Source: a virus. From it: a stretch of 64,000 bases of DNA. Both the position numbers and the translations under genes were made by a program. Within the stretch, counting starts at the first letter, position 1. The number at the start of each line of letters is the position of its first letter. The stretch covers positions 64,001-128,000 of the IMG/VR virus record IMGVR_UViG_3300033148_006102; one strand, 5' to 3'. The notes under the pieces were generated by a model. That model was not told the DNA's origin, did no database searches, and saw nothing but the letters and a program-made list of their open reading frames with translations. Below, piece after piece: positions 44,020 to 54,500 of the stretch.

Positions 44020-44868
44020 ATGGCGACTATAGTCACTGTGACGGACATCTCAGGTGGAGATGTCGTGTTCGATCTCGTCTCCAGCGCAACGTACGATAAC
44101 GTGCGCGTGGAGTTTGTGCGCTTGAGTGATGGTACCCAGTTACAGGCTACCAACGAGTCACCGGCCGCAGCTATTACGGTGACCTTCACATCAACTGTCG
44201 GTGTGGCAATGATTGTGACGTTGACGCAGGCGGGCGCATTCGTGGAGTCTGCGCCACCGGTACTACTCGAAGGATCTGATTTCGGTGAGCTGGCGACATA
44301 TATTTGTTTCGAGCAGTCATCGTACGCACAGTATTACAACGTTTATCGTACGACGGTTTCGGTGGGTGTGTCTTCGAAGACTCTGTTAGGAACAACAGAA
44401 GTACCGTTCTTCAAAGACACAACAGCATACGCCGATGACGCTGCAGCTGCAGATACCCAGTATGATCCAACACCTGTAGTAGATGGCGAAGAACAAGGAC
44501 CAACCGCGTTAACGGAGCAAACGCGCCATGCGATGCCGACCTGTTTGGTGTATGGCGATGTAACCGATCTTTTTGGCCAAGCGTTGTATGGCCAAGAAGT
44601 ATCATTCCGGCCGCAGGATCAATTACGCGGTCAGATCCGTGGCCAGCGGCGCCAGTCTGTACATAACCGACAGATGACGTTCCGCCAGATAATTATGTCA
44701 CCGAGCCGTAAAGGACGATTCGGTGCGTATCTTCTGCAGGATGCGCGGGTAACGCTAGAAATAGGTGGAGGACCGCATTTCACGGACTTTGTGGTACCGC
44801 GACAGGCGAGCGCCAATCTTGCAGACCTTACACTGGTACCGAGGTTCAAGAGCGATACCCACGGTTAA
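44020..44868 (+). CDS. Structural hypothetical protein
   Basis: 282 aa, beta-rich. Confidence 0.65.
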   Translation: MATIVTVTDISGGDVVFDLVSSATYDNVRVEFVRLSDGTQLQATNESPAAAITVTFTSTVGVAMIVTLTQAGAFVESAPPVLLEGSDFGELATYICFEQSSYAQYYNVYRTTVSVGVSSKTLLGTTEVPFFKDTTAYADDAAAADTQYDPTPVVDGEEQGPTALTEQTRHAMPTCLVYGDVTDLFGQALYGQEVSFRPQDQLRGQIRGQRRQSVHNRQMTFRQIIMSPSRKGRFGAYLLQDARVTLEIGGGPHFTDFVVPRQASANLADLTLVPRFKSDTHG

Positions 44869-44871
44869 CCT

Positions 44872-44890
44872 GGGACTATAGGATAATCCC
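44872..44890. promoter_or_regulatory. 19-bp palindromic motif copy
   Basis: GGGACTAT-AGG-ATAATCCC. Confidence 0.7.
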
Positions 44891-44893
44891 AAA

Positions 44894-46219
44894 ATGGCAG
44901 TACCCGAATCCACAATGACGTTGGTGACGAAGACGTACAATTCGATTGCGGTCGATATTACGCCTCCACCATCGTATCCCGCGTACGCATATACCCGAGT
45001 TACTTGGGTTGATGTAGCAACTGGTACGACGGGTTATCAAGACATCATAGGTACCGGGACTGTCACGTTGACAGGCCTGCGATCACGTGCGTATCACATG
45101 GTCATGGCGCAGACTGTCAATACGTCAGGTGATGCGTCGATCATAACGAATAACAGCGCGTTGTTGACCATTACGCAGTTTGAGAGTGATACGATCCTTC
45201 AATCAAGTGTTGAGATCGACACGGTCAGCGTACAGCCGAACGGCTTAGTAAAAATCGAATACCGCTGTATTGCCATTGATAACGCATCCGGTGACCTTGT
45301 CGGCGCACGCTATGATCCAAGTGGCGGTGGTTTTTTGCGGATGACGCCGGCTGAAACAGATCCAGCCCATAGTGGTATTGACGGCCTTGCCTTCAGCATT
45401 GCACCAGGCACATCGCATGTGTACATGTGGAATGCGCTTGCAGATCTGGGCGAGGATTTCTTTGGGACTGTGGATGTGTCTTTAGTCTTTTGGATCAATG
45501 GTATAGAGACCGCGCCAGCTTACTTCAACAGCCTCTCTGTGGATTTCCGGGAAGTAGAATATCCGCAGGCCTTCATTGCGCCAGGCGATACGTTGACGTT
45601 GACATTTACAGCGTTCCATAATGGTGTGCCAGCAGATTTCGATGTCGTTCAGGTAACTGAAGTACGTGACCCAACAGGCGCAGTTGTCGCTGGCGGACCA
45701 TATGCGGCAACGCCACAAACAGGAACTGGTAATTACTCGGTAGATATCCCGATCGCGGGTGGCGCCACGCTGGGACAGTACGTCGCGCAGATCGATACCA
45801 ATACACCGGCGGTCGCACCTTTCACTCAACAGGCCCAGCTGAACAAAGCATTCTTTGTTGTTGCGGCATCGACGTATGGTCAGATCTGTACGCGGGATGA
45901 CGATACCGTAATCTTGTACGGACAGGTGTATGGACTCGATAAACAGCCGTTGGCATCAAAGACCGTCGTTTTCGAATATGTTACGGACACTGAGCATCTA
46001 TCCCGCGTAGGTTCGGACAATGTTGTGATCGAGACAGACACATTAGGTCATTTCTGCGCGGCGCTGATGCGGAAGGCAACAATTCGTATGTCGATTCCGT
46101 GCTACGAAATCCATCGTCGTATCATTCTCCCAGATGCGCCATATGCCGACTTCATCGCTTACGGCGACACACAGCCATCCATAGTTGCGCGTGACGCGTT
46201 TGGTCATCCTATACCGTAG
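44894..46219 (+). CDS. Structural protein with FN3/Ig-like modules
   Basis: TVTLTGLRSRAYHMV FN3-like strand; C-terminus resembles that of 44020-44868. Confidence 0.55.
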   Translation: MAVPESTMTLVTKTYNSIAVDITPPPSYPAYAYTRVTWVDVATGTTGYQDIIGTGTVTLTGLRSRAYHMVMAQTVNTSGDASIITNNSALLTITQFESDTILQSSVEIDTVSVQPNGLVKIEYRCIAIDNASGDLVGARYDPSGGGFLRMTPAETDPAHSGIDGLAFSIAPGTSHVYMWNALADLGEDFFGTVDVSLVFWINGIETAPAYFNSLSVDFREVEYPQAFIAPGDTLTLTFTAFHNGVPADFDVVQVTEVRDPTGAVVAGGPYAATPQTGTGNYSVDIPIAGGATLGQYVAQIDTNTPAVAPFTQQAQLNKAFFVVAASTYGQICTRDDDTVILYGQVYGLDKQPLASKTVVFEYVTDTEHLSRVGSDNVVIETDTLGHFCAALMRKATIRMSIPCYEIHRRIILPDAPYADFIAYGDTQPSIVARDAFGHPIP

Positions 46220-46282
46220 GTAAAAAATTTAGGCAACGGAAGACCGACGCATACGCGCCGGCCTCCGCTACCGCAGAGGTTG

Positions 46283-46588
46283 CTAACCTCGTGGCCCGTC
46301 GAGTAGTTGATTCAACTTCACGACGGCGGCTTTGCCGACAACTTCGCCGATCAGTGATGTAACGGCTGGAATGACCATAGATACTTTTTGACGTAGTTCT
46401 GGATCTAGCCGCAGAGCCTCAAGCACTAGCTCCGGTGTTGCTTGAAATGCCTTCAAAAGAGCTACGGAATCTACACTGATTCCACCTACCGATGAAAGTG
46501 GTTGTTGAACGCGACGTGCTACGACGCCATTTGTCATATTTACACCTCGGCAGGGCTCGAATACGTATTCGCCAGGTTTGAAATACAT
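46283..46588 (-). CDS. Hypothetical protein (only credible minus-strand gene)
   Basis: GGGGA SD on the minus strand; fills an otherwise empty gap. Confidence 0.6.
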   Translation of the reverse strand: MYFKPGEYVFEPCRGVNMTNGVVARRVQQPLSSVGGISVDSVALLKAFQATPELVLEALRLDPELRQKVSMVIPAVTSLIGEVVGKAAVVKLNQLLDGPRG

Positions 46589-46779
46589 CGTTATTTCCCC
46601 ATACTGATATTGTTGGCAGCATTACCAACAATGGAAGTGTCTGCTGATCTGTAACTCACCGCGGATAAAACACATCGGTGAGTGCAGCGTATCGGTCCTG
46701 CAAAGGGCTGAAGCACAAATGCAGGGTTGCCGATCGCAGAGCGTCTCATACAATGCGTATGAGCGCAGTAGGAGAGTCA

Positions 46780-47568
46780 ATGAGTATTCCTTCCGGTGGA
46801 CGTACATATGATCTCGCCCATCCTTCTGAGGGCGATATGACGCAAGGCGTCTCAAAAGGTGAACGAACTGGTCAACGCGGTGGTGACACTGGCGCTGACG
46901 GTTATACTGTTGGTGCAGAACCCCGTAAGATTATCCTCCGGGATGATGTCCAAGAGGGCTTCCACTATCCCGAACGTGGTCCTGCGTATAATGAAGCGCA
47001 AGGTGAACGTAAGGATTTGGGGTTGCTTCGAAAGATGTTAACAAAGAGAAGCGGAGATAGCGGCATGACCTGTCTAGAACGCGTAAAGCAAGCGATTGAT
47101 GCGATGGCACCAAAATCGGCCGTCGCCCGAGCTGTGCAAGGGACAGCTCTGACTGGTACTTCTGCCATTGGTCGTGTGAAGGCAGCTCTGGACTTAGGCC
47201 AGAATCCTGCTCTTCAAACTGCCGGGCAGTTATCAATGCAGCAGCCTTCGCCGGCGTTGCCACAGGTCAATGAGCTTATGACGCAACTTGCGATGAAGCA
47301 GTTGCAGGAAGAGCTCAACAAATCGACAGAGGTTAACGATCCTGTTGAGGCGGAAAACGAGAGTCTTCGCCGACAAGTTGAAAACCTTCGTCTGAAGAAG
47401 GAACTACTGGAAAAGCAGCAGGAAATGGGAGCTTTGGCGCCGCAACAGCAGGGTGCAGCACCGGCACCACCTCCTGCAGAGGGAGGAATGCCTCCAGACT
47501 CAGCAGAGGCACAGCAGGCACCTGCTCCGCCGTTTGAACAGGCGTTGAGTCCTGGCCAAACGATGTAA
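46780..47568 (+). CDS. Low-complexity/coiled-coil protein (scaffold-like?)
   Basis: AGGAG SD; Q/P/A-rich C-terminus; TTGCCG-16-TACAAT upstream. Confidence 0.65.
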   Translation: MSIPSGGRTYDLAHPSEGDMTQGVSKGERTGQRGGDTGADGYTVGAEPRKIILRDDVQEGFHYPERGPAYNEAQGERKDLGLLRKMLTKRSGDSGMTCLERVKQAIDAMAPKSAVARAVQGTALTGTSAIGRVKAALDLGQNPALQTAGQLSMQQPSPALPQVNELMTQLAMKQLQEELNKSTEVNDPVEAENESLRRQVENLRLKKELLEKQQEMGALAPQQQGAAPAPPPAEGGMPPDSAEAQQAPAPPFEQALSPGQTM

Positions 47569-47627
47569 AACCTCGCTTCATAGTCTTATGCCATTGATTG
47601 GCTATTTCTTGGCAGGTAGGAAGATCC

Positions 47628-48701
47628 ATGTTCAAAGTCGCAGGAAAAGTCATCGACCAGTATGATGATCCCAAGTTCTTCGAAGATGAAGAGATGTTGA
47701 AAGTGGCAGCGCAGGCAGGTGTGTTGCCGGAAGAACTTGATAAACTGCCGGACAGCGACTTTGCGCTGAAGATCGCCGGCCGCACCAAACTTCATCGGTA
47801 TTACCCGATCCGAAACAAGATTGCCACCATGATTTCTTTATGGGGTTTCGAAAGAATATCCCCGAGCCTACCCGAGGATGTGGCCGTGAATGCTGCCACT
47901 CATCTAAAGGAGGCCTGCGAACGGTTCGACATCGATCACCCGATTCGTAAATTGGCGGCCGATTCTGTCGACCCAGTTCTCGACCACCGTCTCATCCGCA
48001 CAGATACCAAGCTTTCTCGGGAAGCGTTGGTTCTTGATCTGAATCATAAGGTTGCGGCATATCTTGAGGAATTCGATTCATACGAACCCAGGGATCGGGT
48101 CACTCTTGCCAGTGAGCTCAAACTACTTGCGGATACGCTTGGTGAGAAGCTCGCTGACGCACGTGTCTTGGATTACGTACCAACAGAGGGTGTTGGGCCG
48201 TTATTCCATTTGGCTGTTAACCAGCGCGAAACCAAATTGGCCGGCGATGGTAAAGCTGCGGAGATCACGGAACTACGTAATCTTTTCACTGAGGAAATGG
48301 ACCCACGCAGTTGTGCTGAAGCGCTAACTGCTTTTGATAAGACCGCAGGATTGAACACCGAGCGAGATCGGCTGATTGATCCGTTCAAGGCTGCTTTTGG
48401 TGGACAGGACAAGTACGCCTTGTGCAGCCCTTTTGCGACATATGATCCGTGGTACTACAAGTTGATGTCACTTGCTTATAATGTGGATCTTCTGCGGGAT
48501 CATTTCACGCAGGAGTTTATCGATCGTTTCCAACGTGCTCCCCAGCAAGAATATGAGCGCGCGGATTCGGCTATTCAAGCACGTATTCGAGATTTGGTAG
48601 ATCGAGTTGTGGAGGATCGAGTAGAAGGTCTGCGGCCAGGTAAGGAACATACTTTCGATAAGAAACGGTACGTAGACGTACCAAATCGAGCGGCTGAATA
48701 G
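47628..48701 (+). CDS. Head-associated hypothetical protein rich in K-x-A motifs
   Basis: AGGTAGGA SD; 13 KxA motifs counted by eye. Confidence 0.7.
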   Translation: MFKVAGKVIDQYDDPKFFEDEEMLKVAAQAGVLPEELDKLPDSDFALKIAGRTKLHRYYPIRNKIATMISLWGFERISPSLPEDVAVNAATHLKEACERFDIDHPIRKLAADSVDPVLDHRLIRTDTKLSREALVLDLNHKVAAYLEEFDSYEPRDRVTLASELKLLADTLGEKLADARVLDYVPTEGVGPLFHLAVNQRETKLAGDGKAAEITELRNLFTEEMDPRSCAEALTAFDKTAGLNTERDRLIDPFKAAFGGQDKYALCSPFATYDPWYYKLMSLAYNVDLLRDHFTQEFIDRFQRAPQQEYERADSAIQARIRDLVDRVVEDRVEGLRPGKEHTFDKKRYVDVPNRAAE

Positions 48702-48702
48702 T

Positions 48703-49299
48703 GTGCTGGACGTCAACGCGAGTGCTGTAAAGATCTACGAGGCGATCAAGGCAAAAGTCCCTGATTGGCCAGACCCGCATATACCAATCGAGATCATTCG
48801 GCATCATCTGTTTGGTGCCGACGAAGCTGATGACCGCTTGATCGCGAAAGTGCAGGCGGTCAACGCCATATGTGTGAATGATAACTGGGCATCAGATTGG
48901 TTGCCCTTTGTATCGGTTGTTCTGTCATTGAACGGCGTGGAAGTAGATCCGGAGATGCTCGAGCCTCCGCTCGTGGGGCATCTGGCGTGTGCATTTCACA
49001 TGCTGCGTGATCTGGCAAAACATCGCGGTATTACATTGCCGCGGTTAACGAACGATATAGGCAATGTGGTACGAGCAGCATGTCGTGCAGAAGGCCTACT
49101 GCGGTATCCCGAGTCATTACGAGAGTTCGAACCGGCGTACAGTGTTGAAGATCGGGCGAATATTGCTCTAATCGATAAGACGCTGGAGCTAGCAAAGTCT
49201 CGTGACGATATTGATTGGGACGTTTTTCCAGCAGATGTGGTCTCCTACAATGTTGCTAAGTTGATTGATATCGACGAGTACTGCGATTCTGGAAGGTAA
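48703..49299 (+). CDS. Hypothetical protein
   Basis: 198 aa upstream of the portal. Confidence 0.7.
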   Translation: MLDVNASAVKIYEAIKAKVPDWPDPHIPIEIIRHHLFGADEADDRLIAKVQAVNAICVNDNWASDWLPFVSVVLSLNGVEVDPEMLEPPLVGHLACAFHMLRDLAKHRGITLPRLTNDIGNVVRAACRAEGLLRYPESLREFEPAYSVEDRANIALIDKTLELAKSRDDIDWDVFPADVVSYNVAKLIDIDEYCDSGR

Positions 49300-49302
49300 A
49301 AC

Positions 49303-51222
49303 ATGGCAGGTGGTACTACATTAAGCTCGACACCCGCCGGCCGCTTTACTGCGGAACCATCAGGCTTAAATAGAAATCGATATCCGCACCAGTTCTTCTC
49401 GTTGTCGGATGGGTTTATTCCGTCGACGACGAAGGAAATGATGCGTTGGGCGCTGTATTTGTACAGCACCAACCCCATCATCAACCAGATCTTCCGGAAG
49501 ATTGCGGGGTTCATCACAACCAAGATCATGGTTAGTGGCGATGCGGACGAAGATAAGCAAGTAGTTGAAGAATTCATCCATGATACGCTCAAACTGCCGC
49601 GGCAAGAGCGGCGCATGATGATCGACTACTTGTTGTATGGCAATGCGTTTGCCAAGTTCATTCCGCCGGCCGACAAGTACATGGTCTGTGACAAGTGCAA
49701 GGCGAAAACGCGCTTGGACGAAGTTGATAAGTGGACGTTTAAGAACATGCGCTTCTCCGGCACTTGTCCGAAGTGCGGCGCAAAAGGTACCAAAGAGCTC
49801 GCTGAGGAACCGATCAAAAACCGGAAGCGGGCGCGTTTGGTGCGTATTAATCCGCGTTATATCGACATCCACTACAACCCGCTAACAGAACAACGGCTAT
49901 ACATTTTCAATGTGCCGGCTGCGATTGAGCAAAGTCTCAAGCAAAGCAAAGATTACGTCCAGCGATGGTTTGTTGAAACTACGCCGCTTGATGTGATCAT
50001 GGCGATCAAGAAAAAGAAGGTCATCAAGTGGAACGAGCAGGAAGTATTTCACTTCCTCTTTGATTCAGCCTCGCGTGATGACGATACGTTCGGCGAGATC
50101 CCGTTATTACCCGTCTTCAAGCAGACCTGGCTACTACATACGCATTGGCGCGCGCAGGAAGCAATCTCGATTGAGCATATCACACCGTGGTTGCTCGTTA
50201 GTCCGGCGTCCGGGGGATCATCAGATGTCATGCACAGTTATGACATGGGACGCTGGACGAATTTCATGCGTCAGGCGTTTCTCAACTGGCGACGGGATCC
50301 CAATTACATTGCGCTCAGTCCGTTCCCGGTTACACAGGTGCAACTCCGCGGTGATGCGAAGGCGTTGGATACCTTCAACCAGCAGGAATTTTTGGTCAAA
50401 ATCATATCCGGCGGCATGGGCGTGCCGGAAGGTTTCATCTTTGGTGGCATGACCTGGAGCAGCGCGAGCGTTGAACTGCGGGCGCTTGAAAATGAATGGA
50501 TCAACCTGACTGCCCGGTTGGAAGAGTTCATCAAATGGGTTAAAACCAAGGCTGAGGCCATGCTGGATCTTCCGAAGGTGGAGATCGAGCACCAAGAATT
50601 CAAGATGGCCGATGATGTGCAGCAACGGCAACAAAGCCTACAGTTAGCTGCGCAAGGCGTGATTTCTCAGCAGCAGCTATGTCGTGACCTGGGTTATGAT
50701 TATGACGAAATGCTGCGCGAGAAGAAGCGTGAGCACGAAACAGATCAGTCTGGTGTGGCCATGCAGCAGAAGCGTGAGGCACAGGCACAAGCTGAAGTTT
50801 TGAAGATTCAAGGGCGGGTCCAGCTCGAACTTGAATTACAGCGTTTGAAGGAAACGCATAAGTTGCAACAGCAATTGGAAGCTGGTACAGTACCGGATAC
50901 ACCAACGGACTTTGGGAATGCCGGCCAGTTATCAGCGGTGAATGCACCAGGTCGTACAGACACGGTTCAGATCGGGCCAATGACATATTCCGAGGAACTG
51001 CTGCGGAACATGGCATCAAACTTCATGCGCACACGGCCGACAAACGAAATGCGCGAACGTGAACTGCGTACTTTGGAACTCGGAGATCCCGGTGGACGCG
51101 TACTTGCGAGAACGATTCGTAGGTATATGAAAGAAATCGAGGCGGAGTCGCGGAAGGCGGTTATGAACCCGTTACCGCAACAGAAGCCTGGTAAACGTAG
51201 TCCTCAGAATATGGTGATCTGA
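49303..51222 (+). CDS. Portal protein with Zn-ribbon insertion
   Basis: YLLYGNAF, RINPRYIDIHYNP, FGEIPLLPVF, ISGGMGVPEGFIFG; CDKC/CPKC insert. Confidence 0.7.
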   Translation: MAGGTTLSSTPAGRFTAEPSGLNRNRYPHQFFSLSDGFIPSTTKEMMRWALYLYSTNPIINQIFRKIAGFITTKIMVSGDADEDKQVVEEFIHDTLKLPRQERRMMIDYLLYGNAFAKFIPPADKYMVCDKCKAKTRLDEVDKWTFKNMRFSGTCPKCGAKGTKELAEEPIKNRKRARLVRINPRYIDIHYNPLTEQRLYIFNVPAAIEQSLKQSKDYVQRWFVETTPLDVIMAIKKKKVIKWNEQEVFHFLFDSASRDDDTFGEIPLLPVFKQTWLLHTHWRAQEAISIEHITPWLLVSPASGGSSDVMHSYDMGRWTNFMRQAFLNWRRDPNYIALSPFPVTQVQLRGDAKALDTFNQQEFLVKIISGGMGVPEGFIFGGMTWSSASVELRALENEWINLTARLEEFIKWVKTKAEAMLDLPKVEIEHQEFKMADDVQQRQQSLQLAAQGVISQQQLCRDLGYDYDEMLREKKREHETDQSGVAMQQKREAQAQAEVLKIQGRVQLELELQRLKETHKLQQQLEAGTVPDTPTDFGNAGQLSAVNAPGRTDTVQIGPMTYSEELLRNMASNFMRTRPTNEMRERELRTLELGDPGGRVLARTIRRYMKEIEAESRKAVMNPLPQQKPGKRSPQNMVI

Positions 51223-51557
51223 TGCTCCACAAAGGCGTGCCCCGTAACCTAACATCGATACAACATGATATTCAAGATCTCGACGGATGCGTCACCTTCG
51301 CTATCTTGGATATGATGATTATGTCAGAACGCTTGCGTTGCGAAGAAATCCTGAACAACACAACGTCGTTTCAAGTGCTGAATGCTGACGAGCTCAAGAA
51401 GCAGTCGTCGGAAGGCGAACTCCACTACCATGTCATTTTGACTTATGTCGATCGGACGATCACAGTGGACGAAAGCTATCTTGAGAATCTCCGAGCACGC
51501 CGCAAAGCATTCGAGCAAACTGAAGCGAGGTTGGCAGCAACCGTGGCAAGTCAATAA
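51222..51557 (+). CDS. Hypothetical protein
   Basis: TGATG coupling to the portal. Confidence 0.65.
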   Translation: MLHKGVPRNLTSIQHDIQDLDGCVTFAILDMMIMSERLRCEEILNNTTSFQVLNADELKKQSSEGELHYHVILTYVDRTITVDESYLENLRARRKAFEQTEARLAATVASQ

Positions 51558-51581
51558 GACTAGAATGCTAGTGGATTGAGA

Positions 51582-54500
51582 ATGAAGACGTTCAACAAAT
51601 CCACAGAGCTCGCGTATAACCGTATGCGCGCGAACGTCGTCGATCGAATATCGGCGATGTTTCCTATTGATACTCGCAAATACACGGTCACGGCGAAGAA
51701 CTTTCGCTGGATTGATAGCGCTGTCAACGATCTCAAACCCTTTCTTACAGCGAAGTTACGTAAAAATACTCTCGCGACACCATTGCGGGCGCACATCACG
51801 GTGAAGGACAAAAAGGGGAAGGTAGTCTACGAAGATAAGGACTTCCTGGTTACCGCGGTACCGAAGATGACGCCGCTAGGATCTTATGTAGTAAACGGGT
51901 CTGACGTTCAAACCATTACACAAGCGCGTCGTAAGCCTGGTATTTATACGTCACGCATGCCTAACGATAACATCTTGACACGTTTCAGCACTGCCGGCGG
52001 GGAGATCGGCATTATGCTGGACCGGCTTACTCGAGTATTCAAGGTTCGGGTGAGGGCGAAGTTCTTCCCGCTGTATTCAATTGCAGCGGCTGCTGGTGTG
52101 ACAGATGAAGAGTTGCGCAAGGCGTGGGGTGACGAACTTTACCGGATCAACAAACAGAAGGCCAAACCACTCAAGGATCAACAACGTTTCTGGCAGGCTA
52201 CACGGCGCGTTGCCTTACCGACGGACGCATCAGAAATTTCAGCCGGAATCAAGGCGTTCTTGGAGTCAAAACCACTGGATCCCAAAGTTACGAAGTTGAC
52301 CGTTGGCGAGGGTTTCGACGCGATAAATGCTCGTGCGCTTGTGGCGGCCTCAGAAGCAGCTTTGAAGGTACAGCAGGGTAAGCGTGAAGTTGACGACATG
52401 GAGTCGTTGGCATACAAGAACTACTACGGTATCGAAGACTTCGTGAGTGAAGCACTAGACCAAGCTACAAACAAGATTCGAAATCATATCGCCTACCTTC
52501 TGGATCGGACTGATAACGCTAAGCGTGCGCTTAGTCCCGAACTCTTTACTCAGCCTATTATGGGCGAGTTTACGCAGTCAGAGTTTTCACGATTTTCGTC
52601 ACAAAACAATCCGCTGGACATACTGGCGACAGATAATCTGGTGACCATTACCGGTCGTGGCGGTATCCAGAATCATCATGCCATTACCGAAGGTCTGCGG
52701 GCGCCGCATAGTACGCATCTTGGGTTTTACGATCCAACGCATACGCCAGAAGGTTGCCATGATTCTGAGACTGAAGTATTTACGGATAAGGGCTGGGTAA
52801 AGTGGCCTGATGTAACTGAGAACACTAGCTTCGCTTGTTTGATGGATGGAGATGTACTTGAGTACCATAAGGCTGAAGAGCTGCAGGTATATGACTGGAA
52901 TCAGCCTCTTTATGGATTTAAATCCAAGACCATTGAATATCTCGTCACAGCTAATCATCGCATGTGGGTTCGCCCAGATGATAGTGATCGCGGGCAGGGG
53001 TTACCGAAGTACCGCTTTGAAGCTGCCGAAGCTGCGCATTTGAAGCCACGTAAGGTTCGGTGTGGTGGGCATCTGGCGTATTACGGTAAACTAGTTAATC
53101 GTAGCACAATACGCTTAGCTGAGGTCCAGGGTGGGAGCGCTACAAAACAAGCCGACGCTTTTGATATTGAGGATTGGGCGGAATTCTTGGGATGGTATAT
53201 TTCCGAGGGTAGTACTTGGTACAAACCTGAAATCGGTAAGTATGCTGTACAGATTACTCAACGATTAGACGCGAATCCCGAAAACGTAGCTCGTATCGCT
53301 GCATTGTTGGATCGCATGCGACTTCCGTTCTCATTCAGTAAGCCCAAAACTTTTTCAATTTCACGGAAGCAACTGGCTGCGTATACGAAACAGTTTGGAA
53401 AATGCGATGAGAAGTTTTTACCTGAAGAGGTTTTTGAATGGCCTGTAGTTGCACGTGAGCGCTTGCTTGAAAGTCTGATGCTAGGTGATGGTCGAAAAGG
53501 TAAAACAAAAATCGGGTGGTTATCTGGAAGTGGCTATTGCACGACAAGTTTACGGCTAGCTAAAGATGTGGAACGTCTTTGTTTTGGGTTGGGGATTTCA
53601 ACACGTACCGTATTTGAACCAGACGAACGTGCAGTACATTACAAAGGTTGCTGGATTATACACTTGCATGTGTGCCACGAACGGACGCTCCGTAAAAGTA
53701 TGACAGCACAAGATTCTGGCTATTTCATGCAGGCATATAATGGCAAAGTGTATTGTGCTACGGTACCAGGTCATCGTTTGTATTGCCGTAGAAATGGTAA
53801 AGGTGGCTTCTGGTCAGGTAACTCTGGCATCGGAATCACAACACACATGGCGTCGGGTGTTGTGCGACAGGGCCAGGAATTGAAAAGCCCTTTCTTCGAT
53901 GTGCGTAACAAGTGGCGAGTAGTGAACCTGACGCCGACGCAGTTGATCGGTAAGGTCATCGCGTTTCCTGACCAAATTGACGCGAAGACGCGGAAGTTCA
54001 AAACCGCTACGGTTAACGTTATTCAGGACGACAAACAGAATCGTGTGCGTACGGATAAAGTCGATTACGCCATGATCGATAGCGCGATGGTGTTTGACCC
54101 TATCACGGGTATGATGCCGTTCTTGCAGAACACAGATGCGAACCGTGTGTTGATGAGCGCACGCCATATGGAGCAGGCGGTACCGCTGATTACACGAGAA
54201 GCGCCGCTGGTTTCCGCACGCGTAGGCGATACCGATATTACTCAAGAACAACGGCTTCATTACACCGGTGTTGGCTCACGGGCACCGGTGGCCGGCGAAG
54301 TTACTCGAGTAACAGCACAGAAAATCACGATTACCGATAAGGACGGAAAGAAGCACGTTGTTCCGATGCTTCGTGATTATCCGTTGAACAGCGAGCAGTA
54401 CTTTACCGAGGTCCCCGCGGTTAAAGCTGGGGACAAGGTAAAAGAAGGCGAAATACTGGCGGATAATAATTTTACCCATAACGGTAGTCTGGCGCTGGGT

